DNA of 64,000 nt from contig JBFMDO010000077.1 in assembly GCA_040753615.1 (NCBI GenBank), forward strand, positions 418-64,417, read 5' to 3'. The stretch comes from Nitrospirota bacterium. Its GTDB lineage: Bacteria; Nitrospirota; Thermodesulfovibrionia; Thermodesulfovibrionales; SM23-35. The notes beneath the pieces were generated by a model, which did not search any database, was not told where the DNA came from, and saw only the letters and a list, made by a program, of their open reading frames with translations. The position numbers and the translations under genes are program-made. This document shows positions 36,924 through 44,976 of this stretch, in pieces (position 1 is the stretch's first letter; the number at the start of each line of letters is the position of its first letter).

Positions 36924-37153
36924 AGGAAAAGACAGAAAAGTTTTATATTGATATAGTTGATAGAGATATTGAAAACTGTCAGCATATTAAAAACAAGGTA
37001 ATGAACTTGGTTGCTTTTCCTGACAAGCAGGAACCAAAGCTATATGAGCCATCATTGATGGTAAATTTTATGGCTGGAGTGTTCTGGATATTCAAACTTG
37101 GCAAAGAAAACGCATTGCCGTCAAAGTCATCGACCATAGGGGGAATAAGGTAA
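36920..37153 (+). CDS. Hypothetical protein or fragment
   Basis: 77-aa ORF overlapping the upstream stop (ATGA); no recognised motif. Confidence 0.35.
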   Translation: MKEKTEKFYIDIVDRDIENCQHIKNKVMNLVAFPDKQEPKLYEPSLMVNFMAGVFWIFKLGKENALPSKSSTIGGIR

Positions 37154-37182
37154 TGGTAGTGAGAGAGATGGGGTGAGGAAAT

Positions 37183-37269
37183 ATGGCTTTTAAATCAGTT
37201 GAATCACAGAACGTGGAATTTAAATCCAACTGGCGGGATGGTATCTCAAAAGAAAGGGAGATGAGGTAA
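37183..37269 (+). pseudogene. Stub of an AlbA_2/Schlafen-domain protein
   Basis: GAGG RBS; MAFKSVESQNVEFKSNWRDG*, resembling the E.Q.xEFK N-terminal signature. Confidence 0.55.
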
Positions 37270-37273
37270 TTAA

Positions 37274-38293
37274 ATGTCAGCAGTTGTAACCGCCGAATAT
37301 AAGACATTTCTTAAAGAGATAAAAGATCGCATATATAAAGCCCAGTATGACGCTCTCAAGACTGTAAACAAAGAGCTTATAAATCTGTATTGGGACATAG
37401 GCAGATCAATAGTGGCAAAGCAGGAAAAGCTTAGCTGGGGCAAGGCAATTGTTGAAACACTGGCAAAAGATCTGCAAAAAGAATTTCCGGGAATACAAGG
37501 GTTTTCCGCAAGAAATCTTTGGAATATGCGAACATTTTATCTTGCTTACAAAGACAATCAAAAACTGCAGCCATTGGTTGCAGAAATTAGCTGGACGAAG
37601 AATGTCATTATCATGGAGCGTTGCAAGGACGATATCCGACGCGAGTTTTATCTCAAGATAACAAAAAAATTTGGATGGACAAAAGATGTTTTGATAAACC
37701 AGCTTGAAGCCGGGGCATTTGAACGGTATATGGCGAATCAAACGAGCTTTGATAAAACCGTTCCGGAAAAATATCGTCATCAGGCAAAGATAGCGGTTAA
37801 GGATGAATACTCATTTGATTTTTTGGAACTCGGCGAAGAGCACTCTGAAAAGGAGCTTGAACTGGCCCTCCTTGAAAATGTGAGAAAATTCCTGATAGAG
37901 ATGGGCGGCTACTTTGCATTTGTGGGCAACCAATACCGGCTGGAGATAGACGGGCAAGAGTTCTTTATTGACTTGCTATTGTACCACCGTCAACTGCGTT
38001 GCCTCGTTGCTATTGAGTTGAAAGTCGGCGCGTTCAAGCCTGAATATGCCGGCAAGATGCAGTTTTATCTCTCTGCCCTGAACGATATGGCAAAGCTTCC
38101 TGATGAGAATCCCTCAATTGGAATTGTATTATGCAAGGACAAAAGTCGGACGATTGTTGAATATGCCTTGAAGGATACGAAAAAGCCGATAGGAGTATCT
38201 ACATACAAGTTGACGGAAAAGCTGCCGCGTGAACTGAAAAAATATCTGCCGTCTCCGGAAGAGATCATAGAAAGAGTGAAGTATCTGAGATAA
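37274..38293 (+). CDS. YhcG/DUF1016 PD-(D/E)xK nuclease-domain protein
   Basis: LYWDIG, FSARNLWNMR, KDEYSFDFL, FIDLLLYH, ELKVG.FKPEYAGKMQFYL. Confidence 0.92.
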   Translation: MSAVVTAEYKTFLKEIKDRIYKAQYDALKTVNKELINLYWDIGRSIVAKQEKLSWGKAIVETLAKDLQKEFPGIQGFSARNLWNMRTFYLAYKDNQKLQPLVAEISWTKNVIIMERCKDDIRREFYLKITKKFGWTKDVLINQLEAGAFERYMANQTSFDKTVPEKYRHQAKIAVKDEYSFDFLELGEEHSEKELELALLENVRKFLIEMGGYFAFVGNQYRLEIDGQEFFIDLLLYHRQLRCLVAIELKVGAFKPEYAGKMQFYLSALNDMAKLPDENPSIGIVLCKDKSRTIVEYALKDTKKPIGVSTYKLTEKLPRELKKYLPSPEEIIERVKYLR

Positions 38294-38501
38294 CAGGAAG
38301 GGGAACAGAATACATAATTGGTAAGGCGAAGGGCTAAGAAAGGGCTCACAATGGACTAATTACAGGCAATGAATGAGGCAAGAATGATGTAATCGGCACA
38401 GACAGTTTCTGCCAAATTTGTTAAAAATGCAAGATGCGGTCTGGTATTTTGAAGGACAAGAAATGATTTGTAACAATTTAAAACAGGACACCGAATAAAC
38501 C

Positions 38502-38750
38502 ATGTCTCTTGCAGTTAATGAACCGATACTCAACAATCCCTTTGAAGAACCCGTGCATATTCGGTTTTTATATAAGAGGCGATCAGAATCGCGGAAGCGA
38601 TTTGGATGTTCTGGTCGAATTTGAGTAAGGCGCAAATCTCTCAGAATCTAACTCGGAATAAGGTATGACCTTGTAGGTCATGCGTTCAGAGATATTATCC
38701 CACAGGTTAAACCAGTTTAAGCATTATAAGAGATGTTAGTGATGAGAGCC
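38502..38750 (+). pseudogene. Fused stubs: type III Res N-terminus and a decayed MNT nucleotidyltransferase
   Basis: MSLAVNEPILNNPFEEP at 38502; overlapping frame IFGFYIRGDQNRGSDLDVLVEFE*, then LGIRYDLV. Confidence 0.6.
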
Positions 38751-38768
38751 TGAAGCCATGAACAAAAT

Positions 38769-39380
38769 TTAAGCCCTCCTTACAAACTCCCCAAAACTTT
38801 TTAATAGCCTCAGTCCTGATTCCTGACTCTTTTCAGGATGAAATTGTGTTGCAAAGATATTATCCTTCCATATCATTGATGTGAAATCTATCCCATACTC
38901 AGTCGTAGCCGCGATTACCTCATTGTCATAAGGAACGACATAAAAGGAATGGACAAAATAGAAAAATGCCCCATCATTTATCTCATTGAGGATTGGTGGT
39001 CTCTTTGAAATTTTTATATTGTTCCAGCCCATATGCGGAACCTTAAGATTTACCTGAAATCTAACAACTTTTCCTTTTAATATATCAAACCCTTTGTAAA
39101 TACCGAATTCTTCTGATTCTGTAAATAAGACCTGAAGTCCAAGACATATACCGAGATAAGGCTTTCCTTTCTGGATTGACCTTATAATTGGTTCTATGAG
39201 GAACATATCTTCCATGTTTCTCATGCAATCCCTGAAGGCGCCAACCCCGGGAAGCACAACTGCCTTTGCATCATCTATTGCATTCGGGTGCGATACAACT
39301 TTTGCATCTACACCAACCTTTAAAAATCCTTTTTCAACACTCCTAAGATTACCCATTCCATAATCAACAATTGCAATCAT
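38769..39380 (-). CDS. hisH: Imidazole glycerol phosphate synthase glutaminase subunit
   Basis: DYGMGNLRSV, LPGVGAF, GICLGLQ, PHMGWN, QFHPEKS. Confidence 0.97.
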   Translation of the reverse strand: MIAIVDYGMGNLRSVEKGFLKVGVDAKVVSHPNAIDDAKAVVLPGVGAFRDCMRNMEDMFLIEPIIRSIQKGKPYLGICLGLQVLFTESEEFGIYKGFDILKGKVVRFQVNLKVPHMGWNNIKISKRPPILNEINDGAFFYFVHSFYVVPYDNEVIAATTEYGIDFTSMIWKDNIFATQFHPEKSQESGLRLLKSFGEFVRRA

Positions 39381-39457
39381 AAATTATTATATTAGATTGG
39401 AAAAATATTTTCTTTGCTCTCTTTACAATTTCATATGTTAGATGGTAGAGTTTTTTT

Positions 39458-39835
39458 ATGAAATATGGTGAAAAGACAATAAAGAAGGCTGACTTAGAGA
39501 TATGGGATAATCCAAATCCTGAACGTAATTATGAGATTAATATTAGTTTCTCTGAGTTTACGTGCTTATGTCCCAGATCAGGATATCCTGATTTTGCTAC
39601 AATAAAGATAAATTATACGCCTGATAAAAAAATTGTTGAACTGAAATCACTCAAACTTTACTTGAATTCATTTCGAAGTGTTTATATGTCTCACGAAGAA
39701 GCAACCAATAAAATATATTCGGAACTTCTTAAAAGATTAAAGCCAAGATTCTTAGAGGTAATCGGAGATTTCAATCCACGTGGAAATGTGAAGACTCTTG
39801 TAAGAGCTTCTTCAGATACCAAATGTAAGAAATGA
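39458..39835 (+). CDS. queF: PreQ0 reductase
   Basis: [34 protein letters not shown]. Confidence 0.95.
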   Translation: MKYGEKTIKKADLEIWDNPNPERNYEINISFSEFTCLCPRSGYPDFATIKINYTPDKKIVELKSLKLYLNSFRSVYMSHEEATNKIYSELLKRLKPRFLEVIGDFNPRGNVKTLVRASSDTKCKK

Positions 39836-39838
39836 CTT

Positions 39839-40087
39839 ATGGATTTTTCTGAAATTATAAACAATATCGTTTCCTTTGCCAAAACATCTCCCATAATTGC
39901 AATTCCTATCGGTCTGTTAATTATCTTCCTTATATGGAGAAATCCAAAATTTTTCCTTAAGGTCACAATCTTTGTATTAATAATAGCTGTTGTGTTTTAT
40001 ATGATTATGAGTATGGCTTCTTCAGGAAAATCAAAAAAGGAAGATCTTATTCACGGAAGAGAACGCCTGATGGAAAATACACCTTAA
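39839..40087 (+). CDS. Small membrane protein
   Basis: 82 aa with two hydrophobic segments. Confidence 0.65.
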   Translation: MDFSEIINNIVSFAKTSPIIAIPIGLLIIFLIWRNPKFFLKVTIFVLIIAVVFYMIMSMASSGKSKKEDLIHGRERLMENTP

Positions 40088-40120
40088 AAACAGTCACTTC
40101 TCAATGCCCTCTCGTTGAAA

Positions 40121-40266
40121 TTGACAGGATCCAGAAATTTATGATTTAATAATCTACCTTTAAAAGTAGCCCGGTGAGGCTAAAAAGGTAAAGGAGGCAG
40201 CGTGAGCTGCAAAAACAAAACCATAATAAGCCTTCCATTTGTTTTGAAGATGGAAGGTTTTTTTAT
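40121..40266 (+). promoter_or_regulatory. pyr operon promoter and PyrR-binding attenuator
   Basis: TTGACA at 40121; PyrR loop ACCTTTAAAAGT-AGCCCGGTGAGGCT-AAAAAGGT (40156-40189); terminator AAGCCTTCCAT...ATGGAAGGTTTTTTT (40228-40264). Confidence 0.85.
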
Positions 40267-40289
40267 GTCTGTTTATTTGAGCAAAGAAA

Positions 40290-40832
40290 ATGCATAACGA
40301 GTTAATGAACAAAAAAGATATTGAGAGGGCATTGATGAGGATAGCCCATGAGATAATCGAAAAAAACAGAGGCATAGAGAATCTTTGTCTTGTTGGGATA
40401 CAAAGAGGTGGGGTATATCTTGCAAAAAGACTTGCCTCAAAGATAAAGCTTATTGAGAAAAAGGATATTCCTGTGGGGTCACTCGATATAGCATTTTACA
40501 GGGATGACCTGAATATAAGAAAGGGTCAGCCGACTGTCAGGAAAACAGAGGTGCCATTTGAGATAACAGATTTAAAAGTAGTCCTCATTGATGATGTCCT
40601 TTTTACTGGAAGATCAATCAGGGCAGCAATGGATGCATTATTTGACATTGGAAGACCTGCTGCTATACAGCTCGCAGTCCTTATTGACAGGGGACACAGG
40701 GAACTTCCAATAAAGGCTGATTATGTTGGAAAAAATGTACCAACTGCATTAATTGAAAATATTGAGGTTGAGTTCGAAGAAGAGGGTCTTGAAGACAGGG
40801 TAATCCTCGAGAAACCAGAAAAAGGTGAATAA
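40290..40832 (+). CDS. pyrR: Pyrimidine regulatory protein / UPRTase
   Basis: RIAHEI, LDIAFYRDD, IDDVLFTGRS, DRGHRELPI. Confidence 0.96.
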   Translation: MHNELMNKKDIERALMRIAHEIIEKNRGIENLCLVGIQRGGVYLAKRLASKIKLIEKKDIPVGSLDIAFYRDDLNIRKGQPTVRKTEVPFEITDLKVVLIDDVLFTGRSIRAAMDALFDIGRPAAIQLAVLIDRGHRELPIKADYVGKNVPTALIENIEVEFEEEGLEDRVILEKPEKGE

Positions 40833-40835
40833 AAG

Positions 40836-41756
40836 ATGTTAACCATGAAAGATCTGCTCGGCATAAAAGAACTCTCTGTGGAAGAGATAAACCTCATCCT
40901 TGATACTGCTGCAGGTTTTAAAGATGTTCTCGGAAGGGATATAAAAAAGGTTCCTGCCCTGCGTGGTAAGACCACAGTTAATCTATTTTTTGAACCTTCA
41001 ACAAGGACAAGGACATCTTTTGAACTTGCAGCGAAAAGGCTTAGCACAGATGTTATAAACTTTTCTGTGCCCACAAGCAGTGTAGTGAAAGGCGAGAGTC
41101 TGATTGACACGGCTCTGACTGTTCAGGCGCTTGGCGCAGATTTTATAATAATAAGACATTCTTCATCAGGTGTACCACATCTCCTTGCTAAAAAACTCGT
41201 GGCATCAATCATAAATGCAGGAGACGGTACAAATGAGCATCCTACACAGGCGCTCCTCGACGCCTTCACCATAAAGGAAAAGAAAGGAAGAATAGAAGGC
41301 ATTAAGATAGCAATCATAGGAGACATAGCCCATAGCAGGGTTGCGAAATCAAATATATATTGTCTTACAAAGCTCGGGGCAAAAGTAAGAGTGATCGGCC
41401 CTCCGACTTTGATACCGAGAGAAGTGGATGACTTAGGGGTTGAGGTCTTCCATAGCATGGAAGCAGGTCTAAAAGATGTTGATGTTTTAATGATGTTAAG
41501 GATACAGTTGGAAAGACAGGGCAAGGGGTTCTTCCCATCTGTTGAGGAATATTCCAAAAACTGGGGACTCACATCAGAACGGCTTTCATTTTCAAAGGGT
41601 GATGCAATAGTCATGCATCCCGGACCAATGAACAGGGGGGTTGAAATAGTCTCAGAGATTGCTGATGGCCCAAAATCAGTAATCCTCGATCAGGTTACAA
41701 ACGGACTTGCTGTGAGGATGGCAGTCATGTATCTGCTCGCAGGAGTAAAGAGATGA
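40836..41756 (+). CDS. pyrB: Aspartate carbamoyltransferase
   Basis: [28 protein letters not shown]. Confidence 0.97.
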   Translation: MLTMKDLLGIKELSVEEINLILDTAAGFKDVLGRDIKKVPALRGKTTVNLFFEPSTRTRTSFELAAKRLSTDVINFSVPTSSVVKGESLIDTALTVQALGADFIIIRHSSSGVPHLLAKKLVASIINAGDGTNEHPTQALLDAFTIKEKKGRIEGIKIAIIGDIAHSRVAKSNIYCLTKLGAKVRVIGPPTLIPREVDDLGVEVFHSMEAGLKDVDVLMMLRIQLERQGKGFFPSVEEYSKNWGLTSERLSFSKGDAIVMHPGPMNRGVEIVSEIADGPKSVILDQVTNGLAVRMAVMYLLAGVKR

Positions 41757-43069
41757 AGATATTAATCAAGAACGGACATGTTATAGACCCGTCTCAGGGG
41801 ATTGATGGGATTGGGGATATCTTGATCGAAGGCGGGAAGATAAAAGAAATAAGAATACAGAACACAGCTACCCCCCCTAATCCCTCCCTTACTAAAGGGG
41901 GGTATTGTGGGGTAAATTCAGAATCCAGAACTATAGATGCAACCGGTTTGTACGTCTTTCCCGGTCTTATTGACATGCATGTTCATCTAAGGGAACCCGG
42001 TTATGAATATAAGGAGACCATAAAAACAGGCACTATGGCTGCTGTTAAAGGTGGTTTTACAACTGTATGTTGCATGCCAAACACATCTCCTGTTAATGAC
42101 CATGCAAGTGTAACAGAATTCATAATAAGAAAGGCGATACAGGAAGGCGCCTGCACAGTTCTGCCTATTGGCGCTATAACAAAGGAACAAAAAGGCGAAG
42201 AACTCGCAGAGATAGGCACTATGGTAAAAGAAGGTTGTATTGCTTTTTCTGATGACGGAAGACCTGTGATGAACAGCCTTATTATGAGGAGGGCACTTGA
42301 GTATTCAAAGGCATTTAATGTGCCGATAATTGCTCATTGCGAGGATATAACCCTTTCTGAAGAAGGAGTAATTAATGAAGGTTTGATATCTACAACACTC
42401 GGACTCAGAGGTATCCCGGCTGAGGCAGAGACAATAATGGTCTTCAGGGATATTTTATTGGCAGAACTTACAGGTGGCAGACTGCACATTGCTCATGTCT
42501 CAACAGAAGGCTCTGTAAGATTAATCCGGGATGCAAAAAAACGGGGTGTTAATGTAACAGCAGAGACATGTCCTCACTATTTTACTCTTACAGAAGATGC
42601 TGTTAAAGATTACAATACGAATGCAAAAGTGAATCCGCCTCTAAGAACTGACCGTGATATCAATGCCATAAAAGAGGGATTAAAAGATGGTGCTATTGAT
42701 GTGATTGCAACAGACCACGCCCCCCATCATATGGATGAAAAACTAAGAGAGTTTGACAGGTCACCCTCTGGCATATCAGGACTCGAAACAGCATTGGGGT
42801 TGAGTCTAAGGCTCGTCCACGAAGGTATCCTTTCGTTGAATCAACTTATCGAGAAGATGGCACTTAACCCAGCTATGATTTTGAATATCAGGAAAGGCAC
42901 ACTTAAAATAGGCTCTGATGCGGATATTACAGTAGTGGATATTAATAAAGAATGGACAGTAAATACTGACAAGTTCGTATCAAAAGGTAGAAATACGCCA
43001 TTTGAAGGATGGTTTTTGAAAGGGATGTCAGCTTTGACAATATGTAGGGATAAATTATATGAGTGGTAA
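41753..43069 (+). CDS. pyrC: Dihydroorotase with an in-frame insert
   Basis: [34 protein letters not shown]. Confidence 0.96.
   Translation: MKILIKNGHVIDPSQGIDGIGDILIEGGKIKEIRIQNTATPPNPSLTKGGYCGVNSESRTIDATGLYVFPGLIDMHVHLREPGYEYKETIKTGTMAAVKGGFTTVCCMPNTSPVNDHASVTEFIIRKAIQEGACTVLPIGAITKEQKGEELAEIGTMVKEGCIAFSDDGRPVMNSLIMRRALEYSKAFNVPIIAHCEDITLSEEGVINEGLISTTLGLRGIPAEAETIMVFRDILLAELTGGRLHIAHVSTEGSVRLIRDAKKRGVNVTAETCPHYFTLTEDAVKDYNTNAKVNPPLRTDRDINAIKEGLKDGAIDVIATDHAPHHMDEKLREFDRSPSGISGLETALGLSLRLVHEGILSLNQLIEKMALNPAMILNIRKGTLKIGSDADITVVDINKEWTVNTDKFVSKGRNTPFEGWFLKGMSALTICRDKLYEW
41870..41915. repeat. C-tract/G-tract palindrome in frame within pyrC
   Basis: a ccccccc taat ccctccc ttactaaa gggggg tattgt gggg, encoding [13 protein letters not shown]. 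Confidence 0.85.
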
Positions 43070-44195
43070 GGCATTATTAGTCCTTTCCGATGGAATTGTC
43101 TTTGAAGGAAATAGTTTTGGCGATGAAGGTGAGACTATTGGTGAGGTGGTATTCAATACCTCTATGACAGGTTATCAGGAGATACTCACTGACCCTTCAT
43201 ATAAAGGACAGATTGTTACTATGACTTATACACAGATAGGCAATTATGGGATTAATGAAGAAGATATAGAATCTCACAACGGCCCAAAGGTAGAGGGTTT
43301 TGTTGTTAAAGAATATATTGATTTCCCAAGCAACTGGAGATATTCCATGTCTCTCGGTCAGTATCTCAAAGATCACAAAGTAGTCTCTATAGAAGGTATT
43401 GATACAAGGGCATTAACAAGACATCTAAGAAATCATGGCGCTCAGATGGGGATAATCTCAACCATAGACCTGAATCCCGAAAGTCTTTTAGAAAAAGTAA
43501 GATCACATCCTGCTATCTCGGCATTTGATCTGGTAAAAGAGGTAACAACAAAAAATATCTATTCATGGAAAGAGGGTTGTTGGAAGTGGGACGAAACTCT
43601 ACCTCCCCCCCTTACCAAGGGGGGGCAGGGGGGGGGTAAAGTCGTTGTTTACGATTTCGGAGTAAAGTTTAATATCCTGAGAAATCTATATGACGCTGCT
43701 TTTGACATAACTGTTGTGCCAGCGCAAACACCTGCTGAAAAGGTTCTGGAGATGAACCCTGACGGTATTGTCCTTAGTAATGGCCCTGGAGACCCTCAAA
43801 CAGTTAGTTATGCAATTGAAAATACAAAAAAGCTCATGGGGAAAAAACCAGTACTTGGAATCTGTCTTGGCCATCAGATACTCGGTCTTGCAATGGGCGG
43901 AAGGACATATAAACTCAAATTTGGACATCACGGAGGCAACCACCCTGTAAAGGACTTAGCCACAGGCAGGGTTGAGATTACATCACAGAATCATAATTAC
44001 TGTGTTGATATTAAAAGTCTTCATGGACAGGTCAGACTTACACACAAAAATCTATACGATGGCACTGAAGAAGGCATGCAGCATGTTGAACTGCCTATCT
44101 TTTCAGTCCAGCATCATCCAGAAGCAGGGCCGGGACCGAATGATTCAGCACATCTATTCAAAAGATTCAGGGAGATGATACAGAGGGGATGTTAG
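43059..44195 (+). CDS. carA: Carbamoyl-phosphate synthase small subunit
   Basis: FNTSMTGYQE, SNGPGDP, GICLGHQ, GHHGGNHP, HHPEAGPGP. Confidence 0.97.
   Translation: MSGKALLVLSDGIVFEGNSFGDEGETIGEVVFNTSMTGYQEILTDPSYKGQIVTMTYTQIGNYGINEEDIESHNGPKVEGFVVKEYIDFPSNWRYSMSLGQYLKDHKVVSIEGIDTRALTRHLRNHGAQMGIISTIDLNPESLLEKVRSHPAISAFDLVKEVTTKNIYSWKEGCWKWDETLPPPLTKGGQGGGKVVVYDFGVKFNILRNLYDAAFDITVVPAQTPAEKVLEMNPDGIVLSNGPGDPQTVSYAIENTKKLMGKKPVLGICLGHQILGLAMGGRTYKLKFGHHGGNHPVKDLATGRVEITSQNHNYCVDIKSLHGQVRLTHKNLYDGTEEGMQHVELPIFSVQHHPEAGPGPNDSAHLFKRFREMIQRGC
43601..43637. repeat. C-tract/G-tract palindrome in frame within carA
   Basis: acct ccccccc ttaccaa ggggggg ca ggggggggg t, encoding PPPLTKGGQGGG. Confidence 0.85.
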
Positions 44196-44198
44196 TAA

Positions 44199-44690
44199 AT
44201 GGAATTGGATTTTCGAAAAATATTTACGGAGCTTAATAAATTAAAGATCGACTATCTTGTTGTGGGAGGGTTGGCAGTTAATTTTTATGGTGTTCCGAGA
44301 TTGACTTATGATATTGACCTGATGATATTGCTACAAGCAGAAAATATCAAAAAATTAGTTTCAAAACTTACTAATTGGGGTTACCGCCCAAAAGTTCCGG
44401 TTAATCCAGTGGAACTTGCTGATGAAGCAAAAAGAAATTCGTGGATAAAAGAAAAAGGGATGAAGGCAATGAATTTTTACAATGAGAAATCACCTATCGG
44501 AGAGATTGACATTGTTTTTGATTCACCGATTCCTTATAGTGAATTGAAAAGTAGAGCTGTTATAATTGAGATTGAAGGAGGAAAAATCCCTACTGTCTCA
44601 ATCCATGACCTTATTAAGCTTAAACAGAAATCAGGTCGTAAGCAGGACATTGCAGATGTTGAATATCTGAAGATAATTCTGGAGAGATAA
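44199..44690 (+). CDS. Nucleotidyltransferase-fold protein (DUF6036-like)
   Basis: VVGGLAVNFYGVPRLTYDID, LIKLKQKSGRKQDIADV. Confidence 0.8.
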   Translation: MELDFRKIFTELNKLKIDYLVVGGLAVNFYGVPRLTYDIDLMILLQAENIKKLVSKLTNWGYRPKVPVNPVELADEAKRNSWIKEKGMKAMNFYNEKSPIGEIDIVFDSPIPYSELKSRAVIIEIEGGKIPTVSIHDLIKLKQKSGRKQDIADVEYLKIILER

Positions 44691-44917
44691 TGAAAGAACG
44701 GAGAAAGGGATTCACCCAGTTAGAGAAAGCCACTGACAGAGGTCAAAGTTCTCTAAAGGGTTTCACCTATACTGTAAGTCAAGAACAGTTGGATGATTAT
44801 CGCAAATGGTCAATGGAACGCAGGTTGAAATGGCTTTATTATGCAAATAAAATGAGAAAAGGTCTTCCAAAGAAAACTATCGAGATTCAGGAGATGTTTC
44901 GTGAGGGAAAGATATAG
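44690..44917 (+). CDS. Small basic protein coupled to the nucleotidyltransferase (TA-partner-like)
   Basis: 75 aa, TAATG overlap; ERRLKWLY. Confidence 0.65.
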   Translation: MKERRKGFTQLEKATDRGQSSLKGFTYTVSQEQLDDYRKWSMERRLKWLYYANKMRKGLPKKTIEIQEMFREGKI

Positions 44918-44976
44918 GATAAATAATGGTAATAGAGTGTCAGAGTTTCTAAAAACAATGACATTTTGAGGAATCT

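Noticed and set aside
38806-38832. CCTGA spaced 7 nt apart near the hisH end
   Set aside because: Encodes the conserved HPEKSQESG motif region; not an insertion.
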